Below, piece by piece: positions 19,811-29,192 of a stretch of 64,000 nt of DNA (position 1 is the stretch's first letter; every line of letters starts with the position of its first letter). Below the pieces are notes generated by a model that worked only from the letters and a program-made list of their open reading frames with translations, did not search any database and was not told the DNA's origin. The position numbers and the translations under genes were made by a program. The stretch spans positions 248,001-312,000 of the IMG/VR virus record IMGVR_UViG_3300020469_003050; one strand, written 5' to 3'.

Positions 19811-21550
19811 ATGGCCAGTGAAGCAGAAATCGAAAGACTATATCAGGAATTTGTAAATAGAGGCGGAGGTCAATTTACATTCTCTAATATAAACACTACA
19901 CCTGCACAATATTATAGTGCAACATCTTCTACATCGTTAACACCAGGACAACAAGCGGCCTTATTAGCAAAGCAAGAACAGTTTAATAGACAATCTGCAT
20001 TATCAACTATTGCCAGTGAGTTAGCTGGAAACAATTTTTCTAATCCTTATATAGCAAGAGCAGATAACAGTACAGGTATAATAAACAATTTTACAAGTAT
20101 TGGATTAAATCCAACATTAACAAATATAACTGCATTAGCAGGTGCATTCGGTTCGTTTTCTGCTATTGAACAAACTGCTATTTTTGCCGGCATATTAGAA
20201 ATGACTGGTGTAGATATGGGTAGTTTTATTAAAGTACTAGGAATAGGTGCATTAGGTCTTGCGTTATTCAGTTCTTTAAAAAATCATACATCAGGTCAGA
20301 TGGCTGATTTACCAAAAACATTATCAGATGCAAGTGCATTAGCAGGAATGAATTCACAGTTTGGTGAACAAAGAGATAGTTGTTCATTTTTTAATGAAAT
20401 ACTAGGAGTTCTAAGTGGTGCATTCGATGGTACAATGGATTTTATCGATAGTGCTTTTGAAAAGATAAGTGGATTTTTACAACAATCTGGATTAGGCGGA
20501 ATTATAGACCAAATTACAAATGCAATTAGTGGTGCAGGAGGAATTATAGGTGATGTTATTAATGCAGTAGGTAATATTATAAATGGTGCAACATCTTTAC
20601 TCAGCAATGCATTAGGACAAATAGGAAGTTTAATAGGTAAAGTAACAAATGCAATAGCAGACGTAGTAAATCAAATAGCAAAAGAGGCAGAAAAACTTTT
20701 AAATTTAGCAACAGAATTAGCAAGTAAGGCATTAGCTTTAGCAATGGCGGCCGCGGCATTAGACCCATGTCAAATGGCAGTTATTCTTAATACAGGAAGT
20801 AGTGAAATGAAAGGTGCAGTTAATAAATTAACTCAACCTATGGATACACTTTCTACTGTACCAACTACTATTGATGGTAGAGCCGATGCAGGTACAGTTA
20901 TAAAAACTATGGATCAAGCAAAGAGAGAGGCTTCACAAGCACCTGGTGTACCACAATCTCCATTTACTGATACTGCTAAACAACATCAACCATTAGATGC
21001 ATACTTGCATAATTTATTTAATGAAGTTACAGGTATCTTTGGTGATACATTCGATACTATAAAGAATGCAGTTGGTGGAGCAGTAGTATCTACTGCATCT
21101 AACACAGGTTCTTTAGGATCCTCATCAACTTCAACTCCAGCTAAAACGACAACAACTATTTCAAGTGATGCTTGGAGACAATGGCAAGGAACTTTTTCAA
21201 ATACATTATTAGGATTAAAAAGAGATATCAAACATCTTAAGATGTTTATACAACAAGCAATTAATACTAAAACTTTTTCTACAGAAGAATTAAAGAAACA
21301 AGCAATCATATTATCAGAAGTGTTAGCAGAAAACGAAACTGCGGTATCTGCCGAATTAAAAAGTGCAAACAATCAGCTAGTATATGAATCAGAAGGAAAC
21401 AAGTTTAGAATTGATACTAAAGAAAAAGAAAAAATTGAACTTTTAAATTCTAAAGTTGCACCTCATACACAAAGATTAATCAATCGTGTACAAAGAGCAT
21501 ATTCTGATTCAGTTGTACAGTGGAATTCTATAGACCAAAACGTTAGATAA
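19811..21550 (+). CDS. Putative tail/ejection protein with amphipathic G/A-rich repeats
   Basis: Follows PAAR; long amphipathic helices and a hydrophobic segment. Confidence 0.55.
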   Translation: MASEAEIERLYQEFVNRGGGQFTFSNINTTPAQYYSATSSTSLTPGQQAALLAKQEQFNRQSALSTIASELAGNNFSNPYIARADNSTGIINNFTSIGLNPTLTNITALAGAFGSFSAIEQTAIFAGILEMTGVDMGSFIKVLGIGALGLALFSSLKNHTSGQMADLPKTLSDASALAGMNSQFGEQRDSCSFFNEILGVLSGAFDGTMDFIDSAFEKISGFLQQSGLGGIIDQITNAISGAGGIIGDVINAVGNIINGATSLLSNALGQIGSLIGKVTNAIADVVNQIAKEAEKLLNLATELASKALALAMAAAALDPCQMAVILNTGSSEMKGAVNKLTQPMDTLSTVPTTIDGRADAGTVIKTMDQAKREASQAPGVPQSPFTDTAKQHQPLDAYLHNLFNEVTGIFGDTFDTIKNAVGGAVVSTASNTGSLGSSSTSTPAKTTTTISSDAWRQWQGTFSNTLLGLKRDIKHLKMFIQQAINTKTFSTEELKKQAIILSEVLAENETAVSAELKSANNQLVYESEGNKFRIDTKEKEKIELLNSKVAPHTQRLINRVQRAYSDSVVQWNSIDQNVR

Positions 21551-21565
21551 AGGATTTAAAACCAT

Positions 21566-22165
21566 ATGAACAGAGTTTGGTTATTTGGTGAAACATCTGA
21601 TTTTTCTAAGACTTTATTAAGAGCAATACGAGAGAAAACATCAGATGTTCAAACATTTGGTAGAAGAAATATATCATATGATGAAGATTTAAGGACACAG
21701 ATTAGTTTAAATGAAAATCTTCCAGATAAAGTAATCATAAATGTAAATTTAGGTTTTACTTGGGGTAAAACAAAGGCACTAAAATGGGTAGATCCTTTAC
21801 AAGTTATATATTTTATTTCAGAGTTACTTAAGGCTTTTCACGAATCAAATAAAGATATAACAGTTGTATATATTACAAGTTCAATAACAATGGGTGTATG
21901 CCCTGAACAATATTTTCTAAAACATAAAGATTATGTTTCTATCAGGCATGTACAACAAACTATGTGGTCTGCATATACATCAGACAAACTTAAAGTATTA
22001 GCAGTTAGCCCTTCTAATGTGAATACTGATAATATGGAAAAGTATGCTGAAAGAATAGTAGGGTTTCTTTATAATCCTCCTTCTGTCAGAAAACCAATAA
22101 TAGATTTAAACCAACATAAAAGTATTAGAGATGAATGGTTTGAATTGTACAAACTTGATAAATAG
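21566..22165 (+). CDS. Degenerate SDR/Rossmann-like protein
   Basis: VWLFGETSDFSK, VVYITSS, YxxxR, LAVSP. Confidence 0.45.
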   Translation: MNRVWLFGETSDFSKTLLRAIREKTSDVQTFGRRNISYDEDLRTQISLNENLPDKVIINVNLGFTWGKTKALKWVDPLQVIYFISELLKAFHESNKDITVVYITSSITMGVCPEQYFLKHKDYVSIRHVQQTMWSAYTSDKLKVLAVSPSNVNTDNMEKYAERIVGFLYNPPSVRKPIIDLNQHKSIRDEWFELYKLDK

Positions 22166-22169
22166 ATAT

Positions 22170-22859
22170 ATGCGTGTAGAAGAAATTATAAAATCAGTTG
22201 AAGAAGGGATAAATGACCCTCATATATTTAAAGCAGTATTCATGGCTGGCGGCCCTGGCTCCGGTAAGTCTTTTGTTGCTAAAAAGTTTCTTTCAGGAAC
22301 AGGCTTAAAGATGGTCAATTCAGATGAAATATTTGAACACCTAATGAAGAAAAATGATTTACCACTAGAACCAGACACTATTGTTTCACCACAAGGTAGA
22401 GAACAAAGAGATAGAGCAAAGATACTAACTAAGTTGCGTAAAGATACTTATATCGACGGACGTTTAGGTTTAGTTATTGATGGTACTGGTAAAGATGTAA
22501 TGAAGATTGGTAAGATTAAAGAAAAATTAGCACAAATCGGCTACGATAACATGATGCTATTTGTTAATACAAGTGAAGAAGTAGCACAAGACCGTAATAC
22601 TCAACGTACAAGAAGTATTCCAACAGAACTAGTAACAAAGATGTGGAAACAAGTACAAGATAACATTATGAAATTTCAACAAATGTTTAGTGCAGGTCGT
22701 TTCTTTGTTGTTGATAATTCTGGTGGACTAGAAGATCCAGAAAGAGCAGAAAACTTTACAAAAGTCAATAAGCAAATTGATAAGTTTCTTGTTCAACCAC
22801 CAACTAAGCGAGAAGCTAAGAAGTGGATCGAAGACCAAAAAGCAAAACGTTCAAGTTAG
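22170..22859 (+). CDS. P-loop kinase (zeta-toxin/AAA_33/PNK-like) with capsid-targeting-like leader
   Basis: AGGPGSGKS, VNSD, LVIDGTG, RNxxR; GATAAATA 22157-22164 ends 6 nt before the ATG. Confidence 0.8.
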   Translation: MRVEEIIKSVEEGINDPHIFKAVFMAGGPGSGKSFVAKKFLSGTGLKMVNSDEIFEHLMKKNDLPLEPDTIVSPQGREQRDRAKILTKLRKDTYIDGRLGLVIDGTGKDVMKIGKIKEKLAQIGYDNMMLFVNTSEEVAQDRNTQRTRSIPTELVTKMWKQVQDNIMKFQQMFSAGRFFVVDNSGGLEDPERAENFTKVNKQIDKFLVQPPTKREAKKWIEDQKAKRSS

Positions 22860-22914
22860 CACTTGACATTCCCCACTAAATATAGTAACATATAATAAAC
22901 TATAAAGGTGAAGA

Positions 22915-23772
22915 ATGGACAATAGTGTAATAGAAAAATTTCAAAACTATCGTAAAGATATTGACATGGATTTTATACAAAAAACTCATGTTCATTATTG
23001 CACACCTTGTTACGGTGGACAAGTAACAGAACCTTTCTTTCGTAGTTGGAGTCGGGCACATATGATGTTTACAAAATATCAAATACCCTATTCAGTTACA
23101 ACAAGTGCAAACGAATCTCTCATTTCAAGAGCAAGATGCCATATGGTGGCTTACTTTATGGCTAATCCAAAAGCAACACATATGATGTTTATCGATGCAG
23201 ATGTTAATTTTGATGCATTAGATATATTACATATGTTACAACATGATAAAGATATCATTGTAGGTGCATATCCAAAGAAAGATTTAGATTGGAGAGGAAT
23301 AGAACGTAAAGTTTTAGGAGGTCGTGCAGATACATTAGAACAACTGCAACGAGCAGGTGCCAACTATGCATTAAACTTTGATTGGGAAATACTAGAAGAT
23401 AACACACGTAGAATAAAAAACAAAGATGGTTTAGTGAAATTACGTGATGCGGCTACTGGATTTATGTTAATTAAACGAGAAGTAATTGAAAAGATGATTG
23501 CTTCATACCCAGAGTTGTATTTTGAAAATGATTTAAACTTAGATGAAGAATTCGCTAAGTGGACTTATCTATTTTTTGATTGTATGCATGAACAAGATAC
23601 TAAAAGATATTTGTCAGAAGATTATGCATTTTGTCGTAGATGGCAAGCATTAGGTGGGGAAGTTTGGTTAGACCCACTAATCAATTTAGACCACGTAGGT
23701 CATTTTACTTTTTCTGGAAATGTTGGTAAGATATTCCAACACGATGCTTCAATAGAAGATGATATAGAATAA
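22915..23772 (+). CDS. Glycosyltransferase (GT-A fold)-like protein
   Basis: TPCYGG, ESLISRAR, FIDAD (DxD), ATGFMLIKR, LSEDYAFC; promoter TTGACA at 22863. Confidence 0.8.
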   Translation: MDNSVIEKFQNYRKDIDMDFIQKTHVHYCTPCYGGQVTEPFFRSWSRAHMMFTKYQIPYSVTTSANESLISRARCHMVAYFMANPKATHMMFIDADVNFDALDILHMLQHDKDIIVGAYPKKDLDWRGIERKVLGGRADTLEQLQRAGANYALNFDWEILEDNTRRIKNKDGLVKLRDAATGFMLIKREVIEKMIASYPELYFENDLNLDEEFAKWTYLFFDCMHEQDTKRYLSEDYAFCRRWQALGGEVWLDPLINLDHVGHFTFSGNVGKIFQHDASIEDDIE

Positions 23773-23792
23773 AGGGGACCTAAGCCCCCTTT
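23771..23792. terminator. Bidirectional terminator between convergent genes
   Basis: AAAGGGG-ACCTAAGC-CCCCTTT. Confidence 0.75.
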
Positions 23793-23797
23793 AAAAT

Positions 23798-23845
23798 TTA
23801 CTCACCGTTAATAAAATCTAGTTCTTCATCTGTATAAGGCCACAT
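23798..23845 (-). CDS. 15-aa peptide MWPYTDEELDFINGE
   Basis: GAGG SD upstream; last ORF before the terminator. Confidence 0.5.
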   Translation of the reverse strand: MWPYTDEELDFINGE

Positions 23846-23961
23846 AGCTTTTTTCCTCTTGTTTGTTTCGTTTAGATTTTTTATCTAATATTCCTCTACC
23901 AGAATCATCAGATAAGAATATCGTTGATACTAATAGAGAAACAATAACTGTTCTAATGAAC

Positions 23962-24084
23962 TTAGGCAACCTCCTGGTCACACATCAAGCGTTTTGCTTG
24001 TTGATGATAACCTTGTCTTGCCAATTCGCTTGCCGCTCTCATACGACCAATATGTTCAAACCATACTACTAATCTCTTAAACAT
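23962..24084 (-). CDS. 40-aa small protein MFKRLVVWFEHIGRMRAASELARQGYHQQAKRLMCDQEVA
   Basis: TAATG coupling to the upstream ORF. Confidence 0.65.
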   Translation of the reverse strand: MFKRLVVWFEHIGRMRAASELARQGYHQQAKRLMCDQEVA

Positions 24085-24236
24085 TACACCCACCCTTTTA
24101 AATTCTTATTCATTAAAACTCTTTGTCTACGTTCTAAGTCTTGCAAATCATGTGAGTTAGCAAGATAATCATACTCTTGTTGTGCCTGTGTTCTAGGTCT
24201 TATTGCATTCCATACTTTCTTTATCAACTTAATCAT
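24084..24236 (-). CDS. 50-aa DUF3563-like small protein
   Basis: EYDYLANSHDLQDLERRQRVL; TAATG coupling. Confidence 0.65.
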   Translation of the reverse strand: MIKLIKKVWNAIRPRTQAQQEYDYLANSHDLQDLERRQRVLMNKNLKGWV

Positions 24237-24436
24237 TAATTTTTACCTTTCGTTGGAAACATCTTTCCATTGATATATGTAGTCTTTGGTCCAATACCTG
24301 TTTGGATCATTGTTTGATAGGCATATTCCCAATCGTTCTTGTACTCTGTTTTGGCCCATGTTTCAAATTCTCTTTCTCTACGCCCAGGTTTAGCCGAAAA
24401 GACATTGATAAGGCCGCTGAAAAAATTCAACGTCAT
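24236..24436 (-). CDS. Small protein, first of the minus-strand small-ORF operon
   Basis: GGAG SD; WAKTEYKNDWEYAY. Confidence 0.7.
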   Translation of the reverse strand: MTLNFFSGLINVFSAKPGRREREFETWAKTEYKNDWEYAYQTMIQTGIGPKTTYINGKMFPTKGKN

Positions 24437-24467
24437 TTTACGTTCTCCGTATTAAATAAATTTTTGT

Positions 24468-24556
24468 TATGCTTGAGGACAGCAATACCCTGAGTCTTTT
24501 CTCAGTGTCACAGGTCTTTCCCAGTCGCCAATACAAAAAAGGACTTTTTGTATCAC
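24468..24556 (-). promoter_or_regulatory. Structured 5' leader (4 hairpins), candidate cis-regulatory RNA
   Basis: ATACAAAAAG/TTTTTGTAT, GG-GAAAGA-CC, CTGAG-AAAAGA-CTCAG, TGCT-GTCCTCA-AGCA. Confidence 0.5.
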
Positions 24557-24559
24557 TTT

Positions 24560-24573
24560 TATTTATATAAATA
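24560..24573. promoter_or_regulatory. Palindromic back-to-back late boxes TATTTATATAAATA
   Basis: Perfect 14-bp palindrome giving TATAAATA on both strands between divergent genes. Confidence 0.6.
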
Positions 24574-24735
24574 TAACAGAAAAAACAAAGGAAATACAGT
24601 GTTTTTTCGACATTCCCGCTATGTCGAAAATGCAACGCTAGTTCATAGTTGACATAACTAAACAACATATGCAAATAGCTATTGATTTTCTATAGTAAAT
24701 ATGTTATTATAGTTATGTAATATTACAAAGGAGAC

Positions 24736-25023
24736 ATGATGCCTAAAGTTTTTTGTGCAAAATATAATGAAGAACTACCCGGATTAGAAAAGGCACCCTT
24801 CCCTGGAGAAGCAGGTAAGAGAGTGCTTGATACTGTTTCAGAAAAAGCATGGAATGAATGGTTAAACTTTCAAACTATTCTTATTAATGAAAATAGATTA
24901 AATCTAATGGACGAAGGTGCTAGAAAGTTTCTATCAGAAAATAGAGATAAGTTCTTATATGAACCTGGTGAACTTGCAATGCCTGAGCAATATAGAGATC
25001 CGAATGTTCCTGATTTGAGATAG
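24736..25023 (+). CDS. yggX: Fe(II)-trafficking / oxidative damage protection protein
   Basis: VFCAKY..GLEKAPFPGEAGKRV..VSEKAWNEW..QTILINENRLN; promoter 24682-24710. Confidence 0.9.
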   Translation: MMPKVFCAKYNEELPGLEKAPFPGEAGKRVLDTVSEKAWNEWLNFQTILINENRLNLMDEGARKFLSENRDKFLYEPGELAMPEQYRDPNVPDLR

Positions 25024-25038
25024 AAAGAGATAGTAAAA

Positions 25039-25644
25039 ATGGAAATAAGATGTGTAGACCCAGAATATCCCGTATGGGAGTTGACTAAACTTGAACTACC
25101 TGATTTAGACGTTAATGCATTAAGAGGTGACGAAAGTAAAAGTGCGTTACCGATTAATAAGAAACGTGAACCAATGATGTTGAATTGGAGTAATCAAAAT
25201 CATTTTAATTTTAAGGAATGTTGGATTCAACGTAAAGCAATCTTACAAGATTATATAAAGGGACGAGCATACGAAGAATGTGATGAAATAATGCCTATGT
25301 GGCCTAATAAGTTTGAAACGTTTGATTGGGGAACTGGAGAAGGTTCTGTACAAATAATACACGATAGAACAGGATTTCAAATGGGACCTCATATTGATAA
25401 TCGTATGGTAATAGGAGTAATGATTGTAAATCTACAAGATAACCCAGAAGGATCTGGTACAAATTTTCATGTAGATAGGGATACACCAGAGCATTGGTAT
25501 AGTGGTCCTACAAGAAGAAACACAGGAATATTTTTTCTTAACAATTGGAATACATGGCATAGTATTCAAAACAATGGGCATGACAGACTTATCTGCTATG
25601 ATATTATGCATTTAGGTGAAATGTTCAGATTTGGAAACGGATAA
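25039..25644 (+). CDS. 2OG-Fe(II) oxygenase-like protein
   Basis: HIDN...GT.F...TWHS...R. Confidence 0.7.
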   Translation: MEIRCVDPEYPVWELTKLELPDLDVNALRGDESKSALPINKKREPMMLNWSNQNHFNFKECWIQRKAILQDYIKGRAYEECDEIMPMWPNKFETFDWGTGEGSVQIIHDRTGFQMGPHIDNRMVIGVMIVNLQDNPEGSGTNFHVDRDTPEHWYSGPTRRNTGIFFLNNWNTWHSIQNNGHDRLICYDIMHLGEMFRFGNG

Positions 25645-25646
25645 CA

Positions 25647-26048
25647 TTGAAGAAATTAGTTTGGAAAATACACTTAACAGCCTCAGATGTCAATGCTGGC
25701 GGGACAGTTAGTGGTGGCAGATTGTTTGATATGGCAGACGTTTCTGCTTATACAATGATTAATGAAACGTTTACTAGTATGAGACCAGAGTTATCAGTTG
25801 TAACAAATGGTGCAAATGTAAAATTTATTGCACCTGCATTTGCTTATGGTTTTATAGAATCATATGCAGAGATAGTTGAAGTTACTCCTGCAAAGATAAA
25901 TGTACTTATTACTATGAATTATAGACAAAATAAAGGCTTAGATTGGTATAAATGTTTTGAGGGTATATTCAGTTTTACTTGTTTAAATGCTGATACTCGT
26001 AAAGTTTATAAAATGACGAAAGAGGATATGAATGAAATTCAAGGCTAA
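25647..26048 (+). CDS. Hotdog-fold acyl-CoA thioesterase
   Basis: DVNAGGTVSGGRLFDMAD, VKFIAP. Confidence 0.75.
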   Translation: MKKLVWKIHLTASDVNAGGTVSGGRLFDMADVSAYTMINETFTSMRPELSVVTNGANVKFIAPAFAYGFIESYAEIVEVTPAKINVLITMNYRQNKGLDWYKCFEGIFSFTCLNADTRKVYKMTKEDMNEIQG

Positions 26049-26952
26049 AGTATTAGTAACAGGTGGTGCAGGTTATATAGGCACAGAATTAGTTAAGCAA
26101 TTACTGGATAAAGGATACGATGTAACAATATTAGATAAAAAAGAAAAGCCTGAATTAGATAGTAGAGTAAAATATATTCAAGGAGATTTGCAGAGTGCCG
26201 CACGTTGCGTAATGGCATGTGCTGGTCAAGAATTTGTTATTCATCTAGGAGCAAAGCCTCGCATACCAGAAAGTTTTATTAATCCAGATGAGTACTTTGA
26301 TAATAATGTTACTGGTACTAAAAATATACTAACAGCCGCAAGTGCAGTTGGTGTAAGAAAGTTTGTATTTGCTAGTAGTAGTTCTATTTACGGTAATAAT
26401 CAGACTCCACATAAACCTTATCATAAGCCTGATCCACTAAATTATTATGCAATGACAAAAATATTTGGTGAACATTTGTGTAAACAATATAAGAATATGT
26501 TTGGATTGACATATAACATATTGCGTTTCTTTACAGTATATTCAGAAAATCAACCAAACTCTAATACTGGTGGACTGATGATAGGAAAGTTTGGAAGACT
26601 TGCAAAAGAGAATAACCCATTGACAATACACGGCGACGGAGAATATAAAAGAGATTATATACATGTTTCTGATGTAGCAAAAGCATGTATTTCTAGTATT
26701 GAGTCAAAAGTAAGAAATGAGATATTTAATGTAGGAACAGGAACTAATATTTCAGTTAATAAAGTAGTAGATATTATAAGAGAGTTTAAAGATGTTACTG
26801 TAGTACATGAAGAAAATCCAAGAGGTTATGCACAAGAAACATTAGCAGATATAAGCAAAGCAAAGAAGTTATTAGGGTGGGAACCTAAAATCAATCAAGT
26901 AGAAGGAATAAGAAAAACATATAAGGAGATATTTAATGAACAAACAGATTGA
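26032..26952 (+). CDS. NAD-dependent nucleotide-sugar epimerase/dehydratase
   Basis: VTGGAGYIG, ASSSSIYG, YAMTK, RDYIHVSD, FNVGTG. Confidence 0.92.
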   Translation: MKFKAKVLVTGGAGYIGTELVKQLLDKGYDVTILDKKEKPELDSRVKYIQGDLQSAARCVMACAGQEFVIHLGAKPRIPESFINPDEYFDNNVTGTKNILTAASAVGVRKFVFASSSSIYGNNQTPHKPYHKPDPLNYYAMTKIFGEHLCKQYKNMFGLTYNILRFFTVYSENQPNSNTGGLMIGKFGRLAKENNPLTIHGDGEYKRDYIHVSDVAKACISSIESKVRNEIFNVGTGTNISVNKVVDIIREFKDVTVVHEENPRGYAQETLADISKAKKLLGWEPKINQVEGIRKTYKEIFNEQTD

Positions 26953-27259
26953 ACCTATTAGAGAAAAATTAGACGAAAAAATTAAACAACTTAACTCTAG
27001 TAGAGTATTCAAAAAGGTTACACCTAAATATGATTTATCTTGGTATGTAAAATGGGTTGCTTCTATAATGATATTGATTGCGACTTGTGCCAGAGCAACT
27101 GGAACTATACCGCAAGTTGATTTATGGTTTGGTTTGTTTGGGACACTAGGTTGGTTTTGGGTAGGTATGTTGTGGCATGACAGAGCATTAATAATGCTTA
27201 ATGGAGTGCTTGTAACCCTAATTTTCATGGGTCTATTAAAGTTTTATTTTGGAGTTTAA
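26936..27259 (+). CDS. Small membrane protein (DUF6552-like)
   Basis: WYVKWVAS..GWFWVGMLWHDRALIMLN; related ORF at 53576. Confidence 0.55.
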   Translation: MNKQIEPIREKLDEKIKQLNSSRVFKKVTPKYDLSWYVKWVASIMILIATCARATGTIPQVDLWFGLFGTLGWFWVGMLWHDRALIMLNGVLVTLIFMGLLKFYFGV

Positions 27260-27262
27260 ATT

Positions 27263-28258
27263 ATGCACAGACAAGCATACATACCACCCGGAGCAGGTAA
27301 AAATTTCATATCATTATATGTTTTATGGGAAGGTGACCGTTCTAAGATTTTAAAGTATCAGGAACAAGTAAATGAGTTTCAAGTACTAGGTCAACACTCT
27401 ACTCTTTGGGATTATACACAATTAAGAAACCCAACTGTTGAAGGTGCTATAAAAGAATTTGAAGCTAAGAATCCAAAAGTAGTAAATTTGTTGAAACCGT
27501 TCAGAAGCAGGGTAAAAAAAGAATGGTTTCTTGAAACTGCTGAAAAATTTGGTGCATCACCTCAGGGTTTACATGTACTTGAAAGAGATTGGTATTGGCT
27601 ACCTATAATGGATTTCTCAATATTTTATGTATTATTTTTTGGTAAAAACAAAGAGTTAGATTATGTTATAAATCAACTTTGCGATTATCCTTGGTCATCA
27701 CATAACGTAGCTAAAAAAGAATTAACATCTATAATACATTATTCACCAAATGATACTCTTGGTATGTCTCAAGTAAAAAATGAAATTAAAACATTACGTA
27801 TATCATTTAAGGATAGTGAAGAATATATATCAGACTTGCTTTATGCAAAACATTCCATTCCTACTCAACATGAAAGAAATAATGCTGATACAGTAGCAGA
27901 AGAACGTTTCTATATAAAAGATACATCAACAACTGTAGTAGACGAAGTAATATCATATAGAAAGATATTTATGGAACAAAACAAGGCAGAATTAGAAAGG
28001 CTATTTGGATTTTTTGGGAAAGAAGAATATTTTGATAAGAATACAGAAACGATTATACAAGATTTTCAAGAATATCATAAGACAAATAAAACTATGGTTA
28101 GAAATTTTGATTTCTCAAATGTACCTGGATATGAAAAATCTTTTTTTAAAGGCTGGAAAGATAAACACGCCTCTGTAGAACATGTCGCTAACCTTGAAAA
28201 ACATGATAAAGAATTTGGAACAAACTGGAAAGCAGAACACGATGCCTCAAAAATTTAA
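27263..28258 (+). CDS. Sulfotransferase-fold-like protein, paralog 1
   Basis: N-term PPGAGKNFI; C-term SYRKIF..ELERLFGFFG..FQEYH. Confidence 0.5.
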   Translation: MHRQAYIPPGAGKNFISLYVLWEGDRSKILKYQEQVNEFQVLGQHSTLWDYTQLRNPTVEGAIKEFEAKNPKVVNLLKPFRSRVKKEWFLETAEKFGASPQGLHVLERDWYWLPIMDFSIFYVLFFGKNKELDYVINQLCDYPWSSHNVAKKELTSIIHYSPNDTLGMSQVKNEIKTLRISFKDSEEYISDLLYAKHSIPTQHERNNADTVAEERFYIKDTSTTVVDEVISYRKIFMEQNKAELERLFGFFGKEEYFDKNTETIIQDFQEYHKTNKTMVRNFDFSNVPGYEKSFFKGWKDKHASVEHVANLEKHDKEFGTNWKAEHDASKI

Positions 28259-29192
28259 AGAGTTATATGCTTTGCCAGGTGCGGCAAGTAATTTTATTTC
28301 ATACATGGCATTATATGGAGAACCCACAGACCTTGGTATAGTAGGACAGAAACACAACGTATCAAATGAATATGATATATGGAGAGAGAAATCAAAATTC
28401 GTATTTACTGAGAACTTACAAAGATTAACTGTAAAGCGGATGCATCTTGAAGGAAAAAAGCATTGTTGGCATTGTGGGTTTCCAAATAATACTACATACA
28501 AGTATGGCAATTCTTTGGGTATGTGGTTACAGGATAAGTTGAGACATGAATATCCTAAGCAATGGGGAAAATGTCAGGCTTTCTTAGCAGGCAAAAAACC
28601 ATGGTTTGAAGACTTTGTAGAAAAATACAAAGATGAACCTAACCACAGTGATAGAGTAGATTTTCTCAAGTATCATTGGGATCTTATAGGAATTTATGAT
28701 GTTACAATGTACATAACATCATTTTTAGGATACGAAGATGAAATGGATAAGTGGATTGCTAAATGTATAAATTTACGATATGCGATTGCTATAGATGTAG
28801 GACTTGAACCATATGTTATTACTCACTTTCACCCATTAACTCAGTTTAAGTATTTAAAAATGCCTGATGCAATTAAATTCGATACAATGGCAATTAGCAT
28901 AGACAAAGATGAAGACATAGAATTAGTTAATGCAATACATTACAGAAAGAGACCAGAAGTAGTAATCATTGACGAAATGAATAAACTTAGTATTGCTAAT
29001 AAAAAGTTTTCAGATAGGAGTATAGATTATAGAGATTTGTTCATCGAACCTAAAAAAGAATCGATAAGAGAATTATATGATTTTTTTGATAATGTAGAGT
29101 TATTTGATTCTAAACCAAATTATATAATCAGTAAATTCAAGTCTTACCATGAAATAAACTTAGGGTTATTAGAAGATGCAAAAAGTAGATAA
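28242..29192 (+). CDS. Sulfotransferase-fold-like protein, paralog 2
   Basis: LPGAASNFI; DYRDLFIEP..IRELYDFF..FKSYH. Confidence 0.5.
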   Translation: MPQKFKELYALPGAASNFISYMALYGEPTDLGIVGQKHNVSNEYDIWREKSKFVFTENLQRLTVKRMHLEGKKHCWHCGFPNNTTYKYGNSLGMWLQDKLRHEYPKQWGKCQAFLAGKKPWFEDFVEKYKDEPNHSDRVDFLKYHWDLIGIYDVTMYITSFLGYEDEMDKWIAKCINLRYAIAIDVGLEPYVITHFHPLTQFKYLKMPDAIKFDTMAISIDKDEDIELVNAIHYRKRPEVVIIDEMNKLSIANKKFSDRSIDYRDLFIEPKKESIRELYDFFDNVELFDSKPNYIISKFKSYHEINLGLLEDAKSR

